The position numbers and the translations under genes are program-made. DNA of 64,000 bases from Catajapyx aquilonaris (lineage: Eukaryota), in NCBI GenBank assembly GCA_000934665.2, contig JYFJ02000422.1, forward strand, positions 62,001-126,000. Reading direction: 5' to 3'. The first letter of the stretch is position 1, and the number at the start of each line of letters is the position of its first letter. The notes beneath the pieces are model-generated. The model did not search any database, was not told where the DNA came from, and worked only from the letters and a program-made list of their open reading frames with translations. Below, in pieces: positions 12,265-24,764 of this stretch.

Positions 12265-15200
12265 AACACGGATAGCGAAAATTTATTTAAAAAAGCATGT
12301 TGAGCCGAACATGCATGTGTAATAAATATGGAAAAATTGCCAAGGTTCTTACTGCCGTTCCCATAGCCTTATGTGCCTTATACTAGGTCTAGCTTGATAT
12401 GGGGTTGCAATCGAGTATTTCCCCTGGGCCGTCCTTTGTCGCATTCGATTGGGCAGTTGTAAATTAAATAGTGCTTGTCTATTTTAGATGGTGTCAGGGG
12501 ACAGTCGACCCCGAATTTCTGGCGACTGGAACATTTGTAACTCATGTGTTCTGACTGCCCGAAACATTTTATCCTGGTGGCAGTCCAAATTGAGATTCCT
12601 GCAATCATACACCGATACGAATTCCTTTCGATATTCACCGCGATTTAATTCTATGAATCAAGTTGAACTTCTGGATAATTCATGCGTTGCTTACTGAATA
12701 GTTACACCTATAGACCCGACCATTCAATGGCCGCCTTTCTTTAAATATCACAATAGATTTGGAGGCGGCATAATCTATGGAAGCGATACATATCCCTCGG
12801 TATACCTCACGTGCAAAATTGTGTACGGTATGTCAAGTGTGAGAATGGCAGTCAATCACTACGGAAAATTGAGGTCAGGATCCCTACATTATCGACCACT
12901 TTTCCTGTCGGTCTGACCCGACATGAATGGACGGGGGCTGGCCGGGTACTAACAATTGGTATTATGCTATACGAAGTATGGAATTTGTCTGTTTGCGAAT
13001 ATATCATTGAGGTACGGGTCGACCGATAAGACGCGATAAAATGCACTTTTTCTGACGTCATTATCTGAGCAAATATGGATGCACCAGATTTGAAGCGCAG
13101 CACTTCTGCACTTAAAATTCTGCCTGTGACCTAAATTGCGATAAGTTTTCCGTTGGAGATAAGAAAAACACTGCTCGAGATTTATCAATGGACGGGGTTT
13201 TAAAAATTGCAAATTGATAGGAGGGAAACCGACCTCCAGTAGAATGTGGGACTGATACTGTACAATCGATCTCTATCATTCTGCAGCCTTTGGGATCGCC
13301 CACTTTAATTTTTAAAACCACCGGGCCATGGCAGTCTCCAAATGTCACTTGCGGCCAAAAATAATGCAGTAAAAGTGGGATAAAGCGAAATAACTTTTTA
13401 CTCTTATGGATTTTATGCCATTATTACAAGAGTTTCAGTTAAATTATTGTTATTGCCAAAAAATACGACTGCCCATCAAGTATATATTGGAAGCTCCTGA
13501 ATGTGTAATATTGATAACTTACAATCTGCAGAGAATGGTACCCTACTTAATTTACATGTTTTTTTCATAGACTCTTCTTTGAAAGCAAGCAGGGAAGTCA
13601 CAACCAGAAACAACCGGAAATCACAGCTGGCATAAACTGAAACCTCCATGCAGGGTCATTCATATACATATCACCACCACTGGCCGAGAGAAACATTTTC
13701 ACTAGGCGAAAGTGGAACATCACATAATTTGATGTCTTATATCACCTTGCAAAAAAATTAATAAATTGAATGCAACTTAACTATAGTAACGTTTTTGAAC
13801 AAGGTTGGTGCACTACATGGCAATCTCCAGTCACCTGACATTGCATCCCAAAGCAGCCAAAGCGACTGCTGATAAGAAAAGGACCCTAGTGTATGATGAG
13901 TCTCATTACCTGAGAATATTCTGCGGGTGTGTCTAGGTGTCATTCACCTTTCCCGCACAACTGGGTATTATCTTATGAGAGAACTTGCTGAAACTGTAAT
14001 ACCTACGCAGGCTTAATCAATTTTTAATGACATGATACTTGATTCTAAAGCGATTTTACGAGTAAAATATGACGCTGGGAAACTCAGTGCTCTACTCTCA
14101 AAATAAAACGTACAGTATTTGGAACCCCATATATTTTCGCTTCACGTAGTACTTCTGGATAGTACGAGTGATCCCCCGCATAAGTCGTATTGTACCTCCA
14201 CAAATAGTGCACCTGTAGAACGCACTAGTCAGCAAAATATATTTTCAAGTACAGTAATGGGGCAGGCGAGCATGACTCACATGAGTGGACATGAGTCAAT
14301 GGGCAACCAGGCGAAAAAAAAGTCAGTCGAACCCCACCTCCTCCCCCATAAACCGGACGGCATTGAAAAGAATGCGAACGAAGTCTTCTTGTATACATGC
14401 TGGGGCCTGCTGGCACTGGTGACCTCCAACTGGGCCATGCCTGGATAGCCTTGCACCATGTGACGCAACATTCAAAAGGGTGGGTGGGGTGCACTTACTA
14501 TGTGTCATGGCCACCCCTTCGAGCGGGGGCGGTCTCATTTCCGCAATTTGGCACCCCTGCGGCGCCGACGGCTGACGTGTTGCTTCTGCAGGGGAATTCC
14601 TCAAATCTTCGTCGTATAGCCGACGATTTTATTTTTACGTTTACGTGGAATGTAGTTTTTAGCCAGGACCAGCCCAGCCGGAACAGGGGTGCTGTTATTG
14701 ATTCATGATTCAGTTTATAGGGCGCTTGACCCATAATCTAGTGAAACTTAGCGAATGAAATACGTCATAAAATATGTAGTATGTTTTAAAATTATTTGTA
14801 TGAATATTTTACAGGGGAGTAGTTTATGATGTAAGCAAACGCGCACTACAAGGAAGGACATAATTATCATTTCAACTAGTCTAAATTAATACCTATTCAG
14901 TAGAATTGATTGATAAGACGGACGCTATAAAGAATTTGCGTAGTAGTAGATTGCTGCATAATGTGTGAGTTGTAGGCATCCCGAAATGCGTCTAAACATA
15001 AGCTAGGTGCAGAAATACCGTATCTCTGCAAGTTTTATCTTTATATTTTATTTCAGTAGGCCTATAATTAACTTAGTGTTTTAGGGGTTGGGAGGGATTG
15101 GAGATTCTAAAGTGATTTTAATTGCGAAACTGATAAAGCAGCTCCCTGTTTCATTGTATGAAAATCAAGTGAAACGTTTACCAGCTTTTGCATGCATGTC

Positions 15201-18200
15201 ACAACTGTCTTGCAGATCTTTATGATATTCCGAGCGATTCTGAATGACGACTGCATAGTAATGTCTGTGGACCTTCCACAACTTGTTAAGCTTAATATGT
15301 GCATCATGCACATGATGCAAATGGATAATAATCAATGTGATTGGCTCTGGCCTCGCATGCAGCAATCCGAAGTGCGTATTGACATGAAATTTCATAGAAT
15401 TTTATGCTGACATGTTAAGCATTCATTAATTTTTATGAGTCTAATTTTGGTGTATATGATTTGTTATACATAGCCATAACACTGGGATGATTCAACACTT
15501 TCAAATTTGTGGGTCTTTTGCCTTGCAGAAAGTTGCAGGGCCAGGAGAGACACATCAGCGTTTGATCTTGACAATTTGTTTGTAACGTACTATGACTATT
15601 TCAGCAGGAGGAATACCACGTGCTGATGTAGCTACAGTACAATATGCTTGGCAATCTTGGGTATCTTCATTCGAAGATGTACGGCTGTTTTTTTGCCGTT
15701 GTACTGCACGTATCAATATACTTTACATTAAAATAGCATTTCATATAAGCAATAAATATTGTGTCTTGCAAAATTGGTCACGACAAATGGTAACGTGCAG
15801 TAAAAAGAAGATAATGTGAAGGAACGGGGCTCCACAGAGGAGGAAAATATATTCTAGAAATGCAATTATTTCTGTAGAGGCGTAAATTATTATTCTGCTG
15901 CGTCATGAGAAGTAAGCCCGCAGTACTTCAGAATCAAAACGTGAATTACTGACGCAGGAGTCATAAATATTTTTCTCGTAGAGCTTTTTTTTGTGATTTA
16001 CAACCAAAAACATTTCTTTGCAATGCATGTACTGTCCAGCTCAAGTTTTTCCACCAGGTTGATTTCTTGCTGATAGTAAATCATAAGTCACGTACCACAC
16101 CACCGTTTGTTTAGGGTCTCGACTAGACCTTTATCAATCTCGTGGGCGATTATCAGCAGATTTTGTCCGCAAAGGGGCGCCTTTGCGGCGTACTCACATC
16201 CTCCACTTACCGAATATAGAGATTACACACTGGTGCCTGGCGAAAAACCATGCGAGAACTTAGTGTTGTTTGTTTTCCCTGCATAACTTTGAGAAGTGGC
16301 CAAGATGGCGAAGTAAACGAACGAATGGCTTGGATTTGTGTCTGTTGGCTTTAGCTTGTTGATGGCCATGTGTTTTCAACCACTGAACACAAGCACGGTC
16401 CTATTTCGCAAAAGTAGTGAAAACGAAAATATGTGAATAACAGCATACGCCTACAGTATGAACTTGCCTTTAGTATTTTCAAGCCTGTACACTACATAAC
16501 GCTCATATTTCGGGGCATGCTACTGTTCCCATGTTCACTTCAAGCCTCTATTTGCACGTTTCAAACAACAGCAAATGCCATGTGTAGTACATGGTAATAC
16601 TGTAAGCTGACAAAGTCGAACAGTGGCCCCAATATAATACAGGCAATATTTAACGCGTAGTTTCAAGCCAGGTATTTTCTTTTTTGATCTGGATTTGCCA
16701 CAATACATGTATAGATATGCTGTTATTTCATTGGATGTCATACCTGCATAACCTTGGCTAGCATAGTCTAAGTCTATTTTGGAGCATATCATCAACTAAA
16801 CTATACCTGTTCATGCCGCACGCGAATCGCTACAACAATAGCTTTGTTAGTCGCAATAAAGCCCGTCGTGCGAGAAATGGGATGGGAAACAGTACGCACT
16901 ACACATAACAAATCAGTGGGCGGCAAGTTTAGAAAGAGCAAGGTCAGTAGAAGCTGGAGTAAACGTCCTGAGGGCCGTGTGTTTGGCAGGTCGCCATAGT
17001 TAACAAGGGCTACGACGCACATCGCAGATACGGACCGGGGATGGGAGGAAGTCAACGAACTGGGCAACATGCCACGTGGCGGCCTTGACATGACCCCCTG
17101 CAACAGGTCGACCCTAGATGACCATCGGGCCACCTGTATCCAGGCCAAAAGGGGCCCCCGTGGAGAGGCCGCGTCCCCTTGGCGCGCACACTCTGCTGCT
17201 GCGGGGTCCCCCAGATCAAAGCGCAGGGACTCTTTGTCTCTACTGCACTGCTGCTATTCCGGGATCATTCGGCACTAGGGACGGGGCTTGTAACTTCATC
17301 TCGCGTGATGTACGGGGTGCCTTTAGAATGAAATTGCTGCTGTTTAGCCCGTGGATGTGGTTTAGTCACACAGTTTTTCTCAGAACGAAAATTGAGCAGG
17401 GTTATGTCAAGTGACACATGCGCTTGCAAAACGGCCCACGCGCCATGTGTATCCACGTGTGCGTTCAAATTATACTGCGTCCTGTATCGTGACATGGCAG
17501 AATAGATTTTACTCCTGGCGTCCTTGCCTCCTGTCAGTTTTACCATTCCAAGTAAAAAATATAAATATATTAAGACATCATTTTTGCGTAAATGTAGGAC
17601 AATAAAACTGTCTCCATCATTAACTGCAGTATACTTCATTACATTGCGGTATTTTTCGACACCACTAAACTTATATAACGTGATGATGACTGGTTTAGAT
17701 GGATTTACTGCTTCCTGTATGCGCGTTTATACCTGCCAAAATACATGCAGTATGCTTCCCAACGTATTCAGCTTCACCTTGTACTTGGCGGGGCTCACCA
17801 TCGTTGTGGCACGTTAAAGCATCACGTAATGTTAGAACGCTAATTGTGAGGTTAATTAAAGGTTACACACTTGAGTGGAGGTTTACAAAAGTATCTTCTT
17901 GTGAACATTTTTCATCTGGTAGGTCTATCCTGCGCAGATACCTGTGCAATATAATGGCTCATGAATGACTGTTGTCAACCTTTAGCTCCAACTGCCTCTT
18001 TCTGTGTGGCTCCCATTGAGGTCCCGGCCGGTCAGCGTTTCTTTGGACTTTTGTAGTTATCCAGCCCCCCTTGCCCATACGTGCACCATACCATGGGCCA
18101 TTCTTGAACTTCCACATTGTGAGCCAGAACATACGAAGAGAAAAGTTGACAAGTCCTTTATGGTGTACTTGCTTGTCTTTGTAGATGCATCAGCACAGGA

Positions 18201-21200
18201 GTCATCCTTAACCCTTTGCTGCCCATCTTATCCTTCCTGTTTTGTCCTTCCCCATTGAGCGAAAAGTCATCTGATAGCGCTCAGAATGAATAGCTCATAA
18301 AGTACAGTACATATCGCTCAAAAAGATGGCCAGACGATTTAGCATTTGGTTCAGTTCCAATGCAAAATCGTATTTATCTTTTTCTTCAATCTTCAATCAA
18401 GAGCCAGGCAGACGGACATGAGATCGAAGGAGTGTAGTGAAATTCCGGCTACTTCTGTTCTACAACGCGATTATGCAGAAGTAGACGACATAAATCGGCG
18501 ACTTCGCACGATCCCATCGTAATCCATCTGAAGTCATAAGCAGAGTTATTAATCCAATACCCTTTGTATTGTATTGAAAAACTGACGTTGCAGAGGATTT
18601 TATTATTATTTTGTTGGCATTTTCTCACATATTTTACAATTGAATTAAATGGACGCTTTGTTAATGTTAATAAAGTGTAGTCTATACCCACAGTGACTAA
18701 TTTAATACAATTATCACACAGCACAAATATACAAAATGAATGGGATTCTCGAATGACTCATGATTTTGCGAAGTGGCCATATTGACTGACCTTATAAAGC
18801 GAATCTCTGACCCAGAAGGAATTCTACCAAACAGCTGGCCTTGAGGATGACCTCGAAAAGTTATGGAATTCATTTGCATCTGGATACAGAAAGTGAAGAA
18901 AAAAAAATGTGGTATAGTGTGGAACGTGAGGCATTTCCGAGTGTGGCGCCGCTGTTAATGGCATCGCCCACGCCCGCACAAATGGGCACCCCCCATTTCC
19001 CAGAAAGCATCCGCATGGCCCGCCTTTCGTGACCTCCTAGAAAACGATATGAGCAGCAGAAAGGTATAGTGAGGGAGTATGCAAAGGCGCCTCCAAGCCG
19101 CCTTTGCCTTTTCATTCATTCACGATTTTGCGGATTGCATTTTGCGCGGAATTTTTGACCGGAAGCGGTCAGCACGCGACATTTTCCAGGGGAGCCACCT
19201 TGCGGTGGCGTGTAGCACCCATACCCATTCATTGTTGGAGCTTCAAGTACCATCGATCAATGATTGGTACCATTGCACTTAACTTGAAGATAATTCGAAT
19301 TTTCTATCTCAACCGTGAAGGATAGAGCAGGGCATCTCGCTTTTTGATCACACAAGCTATTCTTGTGGTTTGTTATTTATATCGCTCATGGTGCTATCGC
19401 GACCTCGTCCATGCGCGGTCAAGTACGTGCCCTTCATTTATTCTCCAAATGGCCTTGGGAGATCATTCTCGTTTTGTCACTTGCAGGTACTTGACTTGTC
19501 ATTTGGTTATTCGGGTTAAGGTCAGCATCAGATCGATAGCCAGGTCTATAGCTATACTAATGATCGGAATATTTAAACCCCCTGATTTATTGAATCGAAC
19601 GGGAGGAAACTTGAGAAGGAAGCATGGAGCGAAAGTCTTTCCTGTTTCCGACTTCCGCCAGAAGAATCTGCTTCAAGGCGGCCCCAGGGCATTATGGGAT
19701 ATGAGGAGGCCTCCGTGTGCTCTCCATTCCTTATCTCACAGGACCCTTTTTTCCCTCAGTACGCACAACTGGGAGGTCGCGCTTCCCAGGCCCCCTTTCT
19801 CAGGATGGTACTGTACCAGTAAGCCTCTTCGTAGGCCTACTTTTTTCTATCATCATGATCACCCCCACCTTTCTATTATATAATCCCACGCCTGCATGGA
19901 AACCCTTTCTGTTCTTGACAAGATGTGAAGTTGGTAAGATAATATAAACAAAAGCTGAAATGACGTGGTTATAATTATGTTGGCTAAATGAGCTACAATC
20001 TCAGCACAGTAAAATTTTTTATACGTGACACTTAATGACGAGAGGGTCGTCTGTAATGACGTATACGTTGACCTATTGGTTGTTTTTAATTTTTAGTTTG
20101 GTAACCTTTGGATGAACCACGCCTGCTGAACTAAATAGGTTAAGGATGTATAATACGCAATGGCGTGAGTTAAAAATATCACTCGATAATGTCACATTCA
20201 ACGTACTAAATTATTATTATTACATACTCCGCATTATTTATATTTAGAATGAGTGACTTTTTCTCCCGTTTTATTCCGGGGCAGGTTTTACTTCTAATTT
20301 CACCTCATTTCCGTTGCCCTTGACGTCGCAAAGTACTTTTACTCATAGGCGGGAACTGTCCCTAGAGTGACTTAATTAAGCGACTGGTTGAGCAGCAAAA
20401 CAACATTCTGTCCATCGAGTAAAAAATCGTCCCGGATATTTGCGCATGATTATAATAAAGAATGAGCGTGGGAAAGGGAACGATTTGCAAAACATGCTAC
20501 ATTTTTTTTTGCTTATTACACAGGTTCCGTACTTCCCCTCACTTGCCTTCCATCTAGATTTTTTAAATTTTTCTGCTCTTCCAGTCGTTCTTATATGCGA
20601 TAGCTTACGTGCTCAGCGAGTTAAAATGAGCTCTTATATCTCGACAAAAATGCTAGGAATCACATGGAGGCGTCACTTATTCGCCCTCTGCGTTGCATTG
20701 GCCTTCTGCTGCCTCTGTAGGTCAAAACAAAGTGTGACAAAAGACATAGTGAGAGTTCATCCACGCCATTCATATAGATATGGGGGTTTATCAGTGGGAT
20801 AAACCCCCCAGTGGTATCCACGCTTCTTCTTCATTTTTTAAAAACACATACATAACAGTGAAGCTCCTATCTTCCCTGTTGCTGGCACTGGAAGTTATCC
20901 TTCTGAATTGACTGTATCCGAGATGTACAAAAAATGTTTGTGTCATGCAAATTGTGGTGCTGTATTTTTATCAAACATTAGATACATGGGGGGTGCTTGT
21001 CATGAGCTGATATTGTGACCTTGAAGGGATCCCTCTGCTGACAATGACCAACACAATTTATTGTGTATTTATTACACTCGATAAGGATTCTACTGCGACA
21101 TCGGTTATTATAGGCATAGTGTACCAAGGATTGTCTTGATGAGGGTGAATAATACGCTTCCCCCCAAGGCAGTGTATATAGCCTATACCGTCGAACCTGA

Positions 21201-24200
21201 CCTGGAGCAGTATTTTCCCAGGGCAAGGCTGAATGCTCTTGCATACATACGTAGCTAGATTATGCACATTAACCCATCAACAAAAACAATTAGAAATAAA
21301 ATACAATAGTTGTAGGAAATAAAAATACGTCGTGTTGGATTTTTAAGTGTAAGGTTTTAACATTTATTTCATATTTTCAGATCACGGATAACCAAGGGCC
21401 GACTGTGTCAGTGAAACTATTTGCATGCACCCTCTCAAGGAGTAAAAGATTGAAACCCTACTTTTGTTACATCGTCTATTTGCTGAAAGATCTGTCACAA
21501 ATGTTATGCCAACTTGGTGGTTGGAGGTCACTTTTAAACTGGTAATATTCGGATTTGACACATTTCAATTCAAATACGATTATTCCTGCTGTAGATACCA
21601 ACGAGTGCTAACCTTGCCAAAATGTGAAAATGTCAAATTAAGTGGTAAGTTATCAGTATAGTTACAGTAGATGACACTAATCGCACTCGGGGTAGAACGA
21701 TATATGTTTTTTGTAGCGTTATATATTTTAAAATTCTTCTCTAGTAATTGCAGTTGCATAACGCCTTTACGAATATTTTGCAATGCCGTACATAATATAT
21801 TATTACCTGAAGACGTACTGTATCTACGTTTTCCCGATAATAACATGCTGCAGTCAAGGAATAGTTTGCACTTCCAATTAATTATTTATGGATTTTGTTG
21901 AGGATTACTGCATATCCTTCAAAACTGGTAATTAATATGAGGAAGGAAATTATGTGACGAAAAATTTAAGACAGTAGGCTATACCTAAATCAGCCTCTGA
22001 TAGTGAAACGTCTACAAATAACAGTTTTACTCTTGGCATGTCGCAATTCATTAGATTAAGAATAAATAAATAATAACTGCATTGCTCATTGCAAATTTAC
22101 TCTTCTTTTAAACCTCAGACAAGACAGTTTGGTAAAGACAATATTGTAAACTTACGACTTATAGGAATTGATGAATGAAAATCAAACAGGGACCTGTTGA
22201 ACTATTTTACCATTGAAATTACAGTACTACGTATACTGAATTGGAATAGTACAAAAAGAAACAGACATGCCAATTATCATCTTACGCTTGTCTCCCCTGC
22301 ACATTTAATTTGTCAGTAGCGACCTTCCCCGTGAAAAAACTCAGCTGCATTCCGTGTGTGAAATAACAATAGGTTCCGTGTGTAGCAGGACCAAACGTAG
22401 CCGACTCATTCTGAGAATGATCACCTGCAGAAGGTACGTCATCAGTTTACATGATGGACTGGATCTAAGCGACCGCGATCAGGTTGATACGAGGAAACGT
22501 CGACATTGGACGGGATATGCAATTCTGAGATATGTATAAACTTACTAACTTGTATCCGCCAATGTGTGTCGAAGTATACAGGGGGTTCTCTTTGAAATGT
22601 TAACAGTTATATGGCTATAAGTGACTTAGTTTTAAGGGATTACTCTGGAGTAGTCACTATTAGTGCTTATCAAAATATTAGCTGGTAATTTTAGTAAGTC
22701 AAATCGTAGCTCTGAATCTAAATGAATTTCCGATTGGGAAAGGCATTAGCACTATTGATATCGATTATCAAACGTCAATTATACTGTATAAAGACGTATT
22801 TTTGCAGCCCTATCTTCAGCGAATACACGCCTATCCTTCAGCCTGCCTGCTCCGTTTTTGCGACACAGCCACTGCCCCCAGCCACCACTCACCCTCACGC
22901 CTTCCGAGATGCCTGTCAACCCAACTCTATCCCTGATTGCAGCTCAACTCAACGAGTGCGATGAAAGTAACTCACGGCGGAGGAGGCAATTGATCGGAAA
23001 TATTGAATTAAAATTGCGAAGTGCAATTTCAAATCGGGGCTTCAGTGAAAAATTATCTAATTGAGCCGAAAACCACTCAAATTATTTTATAGATCACGTT
23101 AAAATAACGTGAAATAAAAATCATCAATGCGAGTGCTGGATTCGCATGCAGAAGTTATATACCATATACTATACAGATGCTTATACCCTTTTATGGTATG
23201 GTGGGTAAATCCTTTCCTTGAATATAGACCTACACATTAAAGGTTTCCGTAGTGAAGATATTCATTCATGAGAACATGAAAAATTCAGTTTATTGCATTA
23301 ACTATAAATGCCCTTTATTTTAAGAAAATTCATTCAGTTTCATCTCAGCCTATGTTAGGAACATGCTACTTGTATTGCTTGCTACAATCTTGGATTGCTG
23401 CCTTTATGAACAAGGCCCTGAAGATATTTTGATATCATTCAAATATGGAATCGTATATATCGTGATAGAGTACGGACGATATTGGTTTTCCGACGCTTCC
23501 TGGAAACGAAGAAGTCAACAAAGTCAAGGTCGTGCCTACGTTTTCGTGACCGCTTACGGCCACCCATTTTTCGCATTTGCCACCATAGAAATGAACGCAA
23601 CGGTTGAAAATAACTATTTTCATGCATTTAATTGTACTTGTAGTTTAATTCGATCTTACTGCTGCGTGCTTTTTGGTTGCCTGATAAAATATAAGGCAAC
23701 TGCTGAATTTATTTTGAGGCGCCTTGCGTAGATGAAATTACAATAATCAGAGTGTCATCATCTTCCGCAAGTAATAGGCTAATGCTAAATTTTCTAGTGG
23801 AAAACTGCTGCTTGAAACAATTTATTTTCCAAGCCATTGTTAGCTTAGCTGCCTGCATTATTGGGACTGTTTTTTTAAACAAAATTTGAGGATAAATATG
23901 TCAGCCAATATAATTAACCACATTATCAACATTCTTTTGCGATCACTTGATTCAGGTGACTGTCGGAAATGTTCATGCAACCAGATTACGTATATAGGCA
24001 GGGTATTATTTTATCATTTCCATCACCAGCGAAGCATCTCGAAAATAATTATTGTGCCGGTATAAATAAAGATAAAGGCAACAAAAAACGACTCGATCCT
24101 GGAAGATCGAGGTATTATCACCTGGTAAATTATCGATATTTTTGTGACTGATTTTTAATAGCGTCACATTACAATCACTGTAAAATATATTTGGAAGGAA

Positions 24201-24506
24201 TTATGTGGATTACCTTACGCAGAGGCCACATTTCAATATACTGTACCTTCAAGAGTCATGGAAGGCTCCCATTACCTGACTAATTCACTAACCAGTGAAG
24301 TGAGAGGCGGAAGAATGTCTCGTTTGAGAGGCAGAACTGTTCGTACTCCCTGATTTTATCTAATAGTGTTCAGCCAGTTACGAGGGAGATTGTGCCTGAA
24401 GTCTATCACTAACGCTTAACCCGGAGGAAATTACTGCCTAATTATTTTTGAATAAAACCTGACTTTCCATTCATATTGAGCAATATATTTCGTTAACTAC
24501 CAATAT

Positions 24507-24764
24507 AATAATGGATACCCCGTGATAAACCTCCTTGGGCTCTAGGGGATCATCTTTTTAATTAACCGACTTTAATCATTGCCTTCGCTATAATGGATTT
24601 TGATAGTGGGAGGAAACGGGAGAACCCAGAGAAATCCACGCGAACACGGAGAGAACCCATCGAAACTCTATCCACATAAGTATCCTCTGTCCGATCCGGG
24701 GATCGAACTCGGGACCTTAGAGGTGGAAGGCTGCGGCGCTAACCACTCCGCCACCGTGTCGCCC
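24507..24764 (-). mobile_element. Full-length tRNA-derived SINE with V-domain-like core and 12-bp target-site duplication
   Basis: The minus strand reads GGGCGACACGGTGGCGGAGTGGTTAGCGCC...GAGTTCGATCCCCGG, giving a Pol III A box (24743-24753) and B box (24699-24710). The central GTTCTCTCCGTGTTCGCGTGGATTTCTCTGGGTTCTCCCGTTTCCTCCCAC (24606-24656) resembles the V-SINE core as I recall it. The 3' end has a stem-loop GATCCCC...GGGGTATC and a short ATT tail. Direct repeats AACTACCAATAT flank it at 24495-24506 and 24770-24781. Confidence 0.85.

Noticed and set aside
14410..16765. Similar peptides QGYPGMAQLEVT and QGYAGMTSNEIT in two minus-strand ORFs
   Set aside because: The DNA similarity is limited to about 18 nt with mismatches and there is no exon support, so it is likely chance.
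19344..19883. Longest ORF (179 aa), and similar ORFs at 61888-62424, 36606-37106 and 9259-9738
   Set aside because: No recognisable domain and random-like composition. Lengths are consistent with chance in 64 kb of non-coding DNA.
24688..24764. tRNA gene
   Set aside because: A and B boxes are present, but there is no complete cloverleaf. The sequence continues into a SINE body bounded by a TSD.
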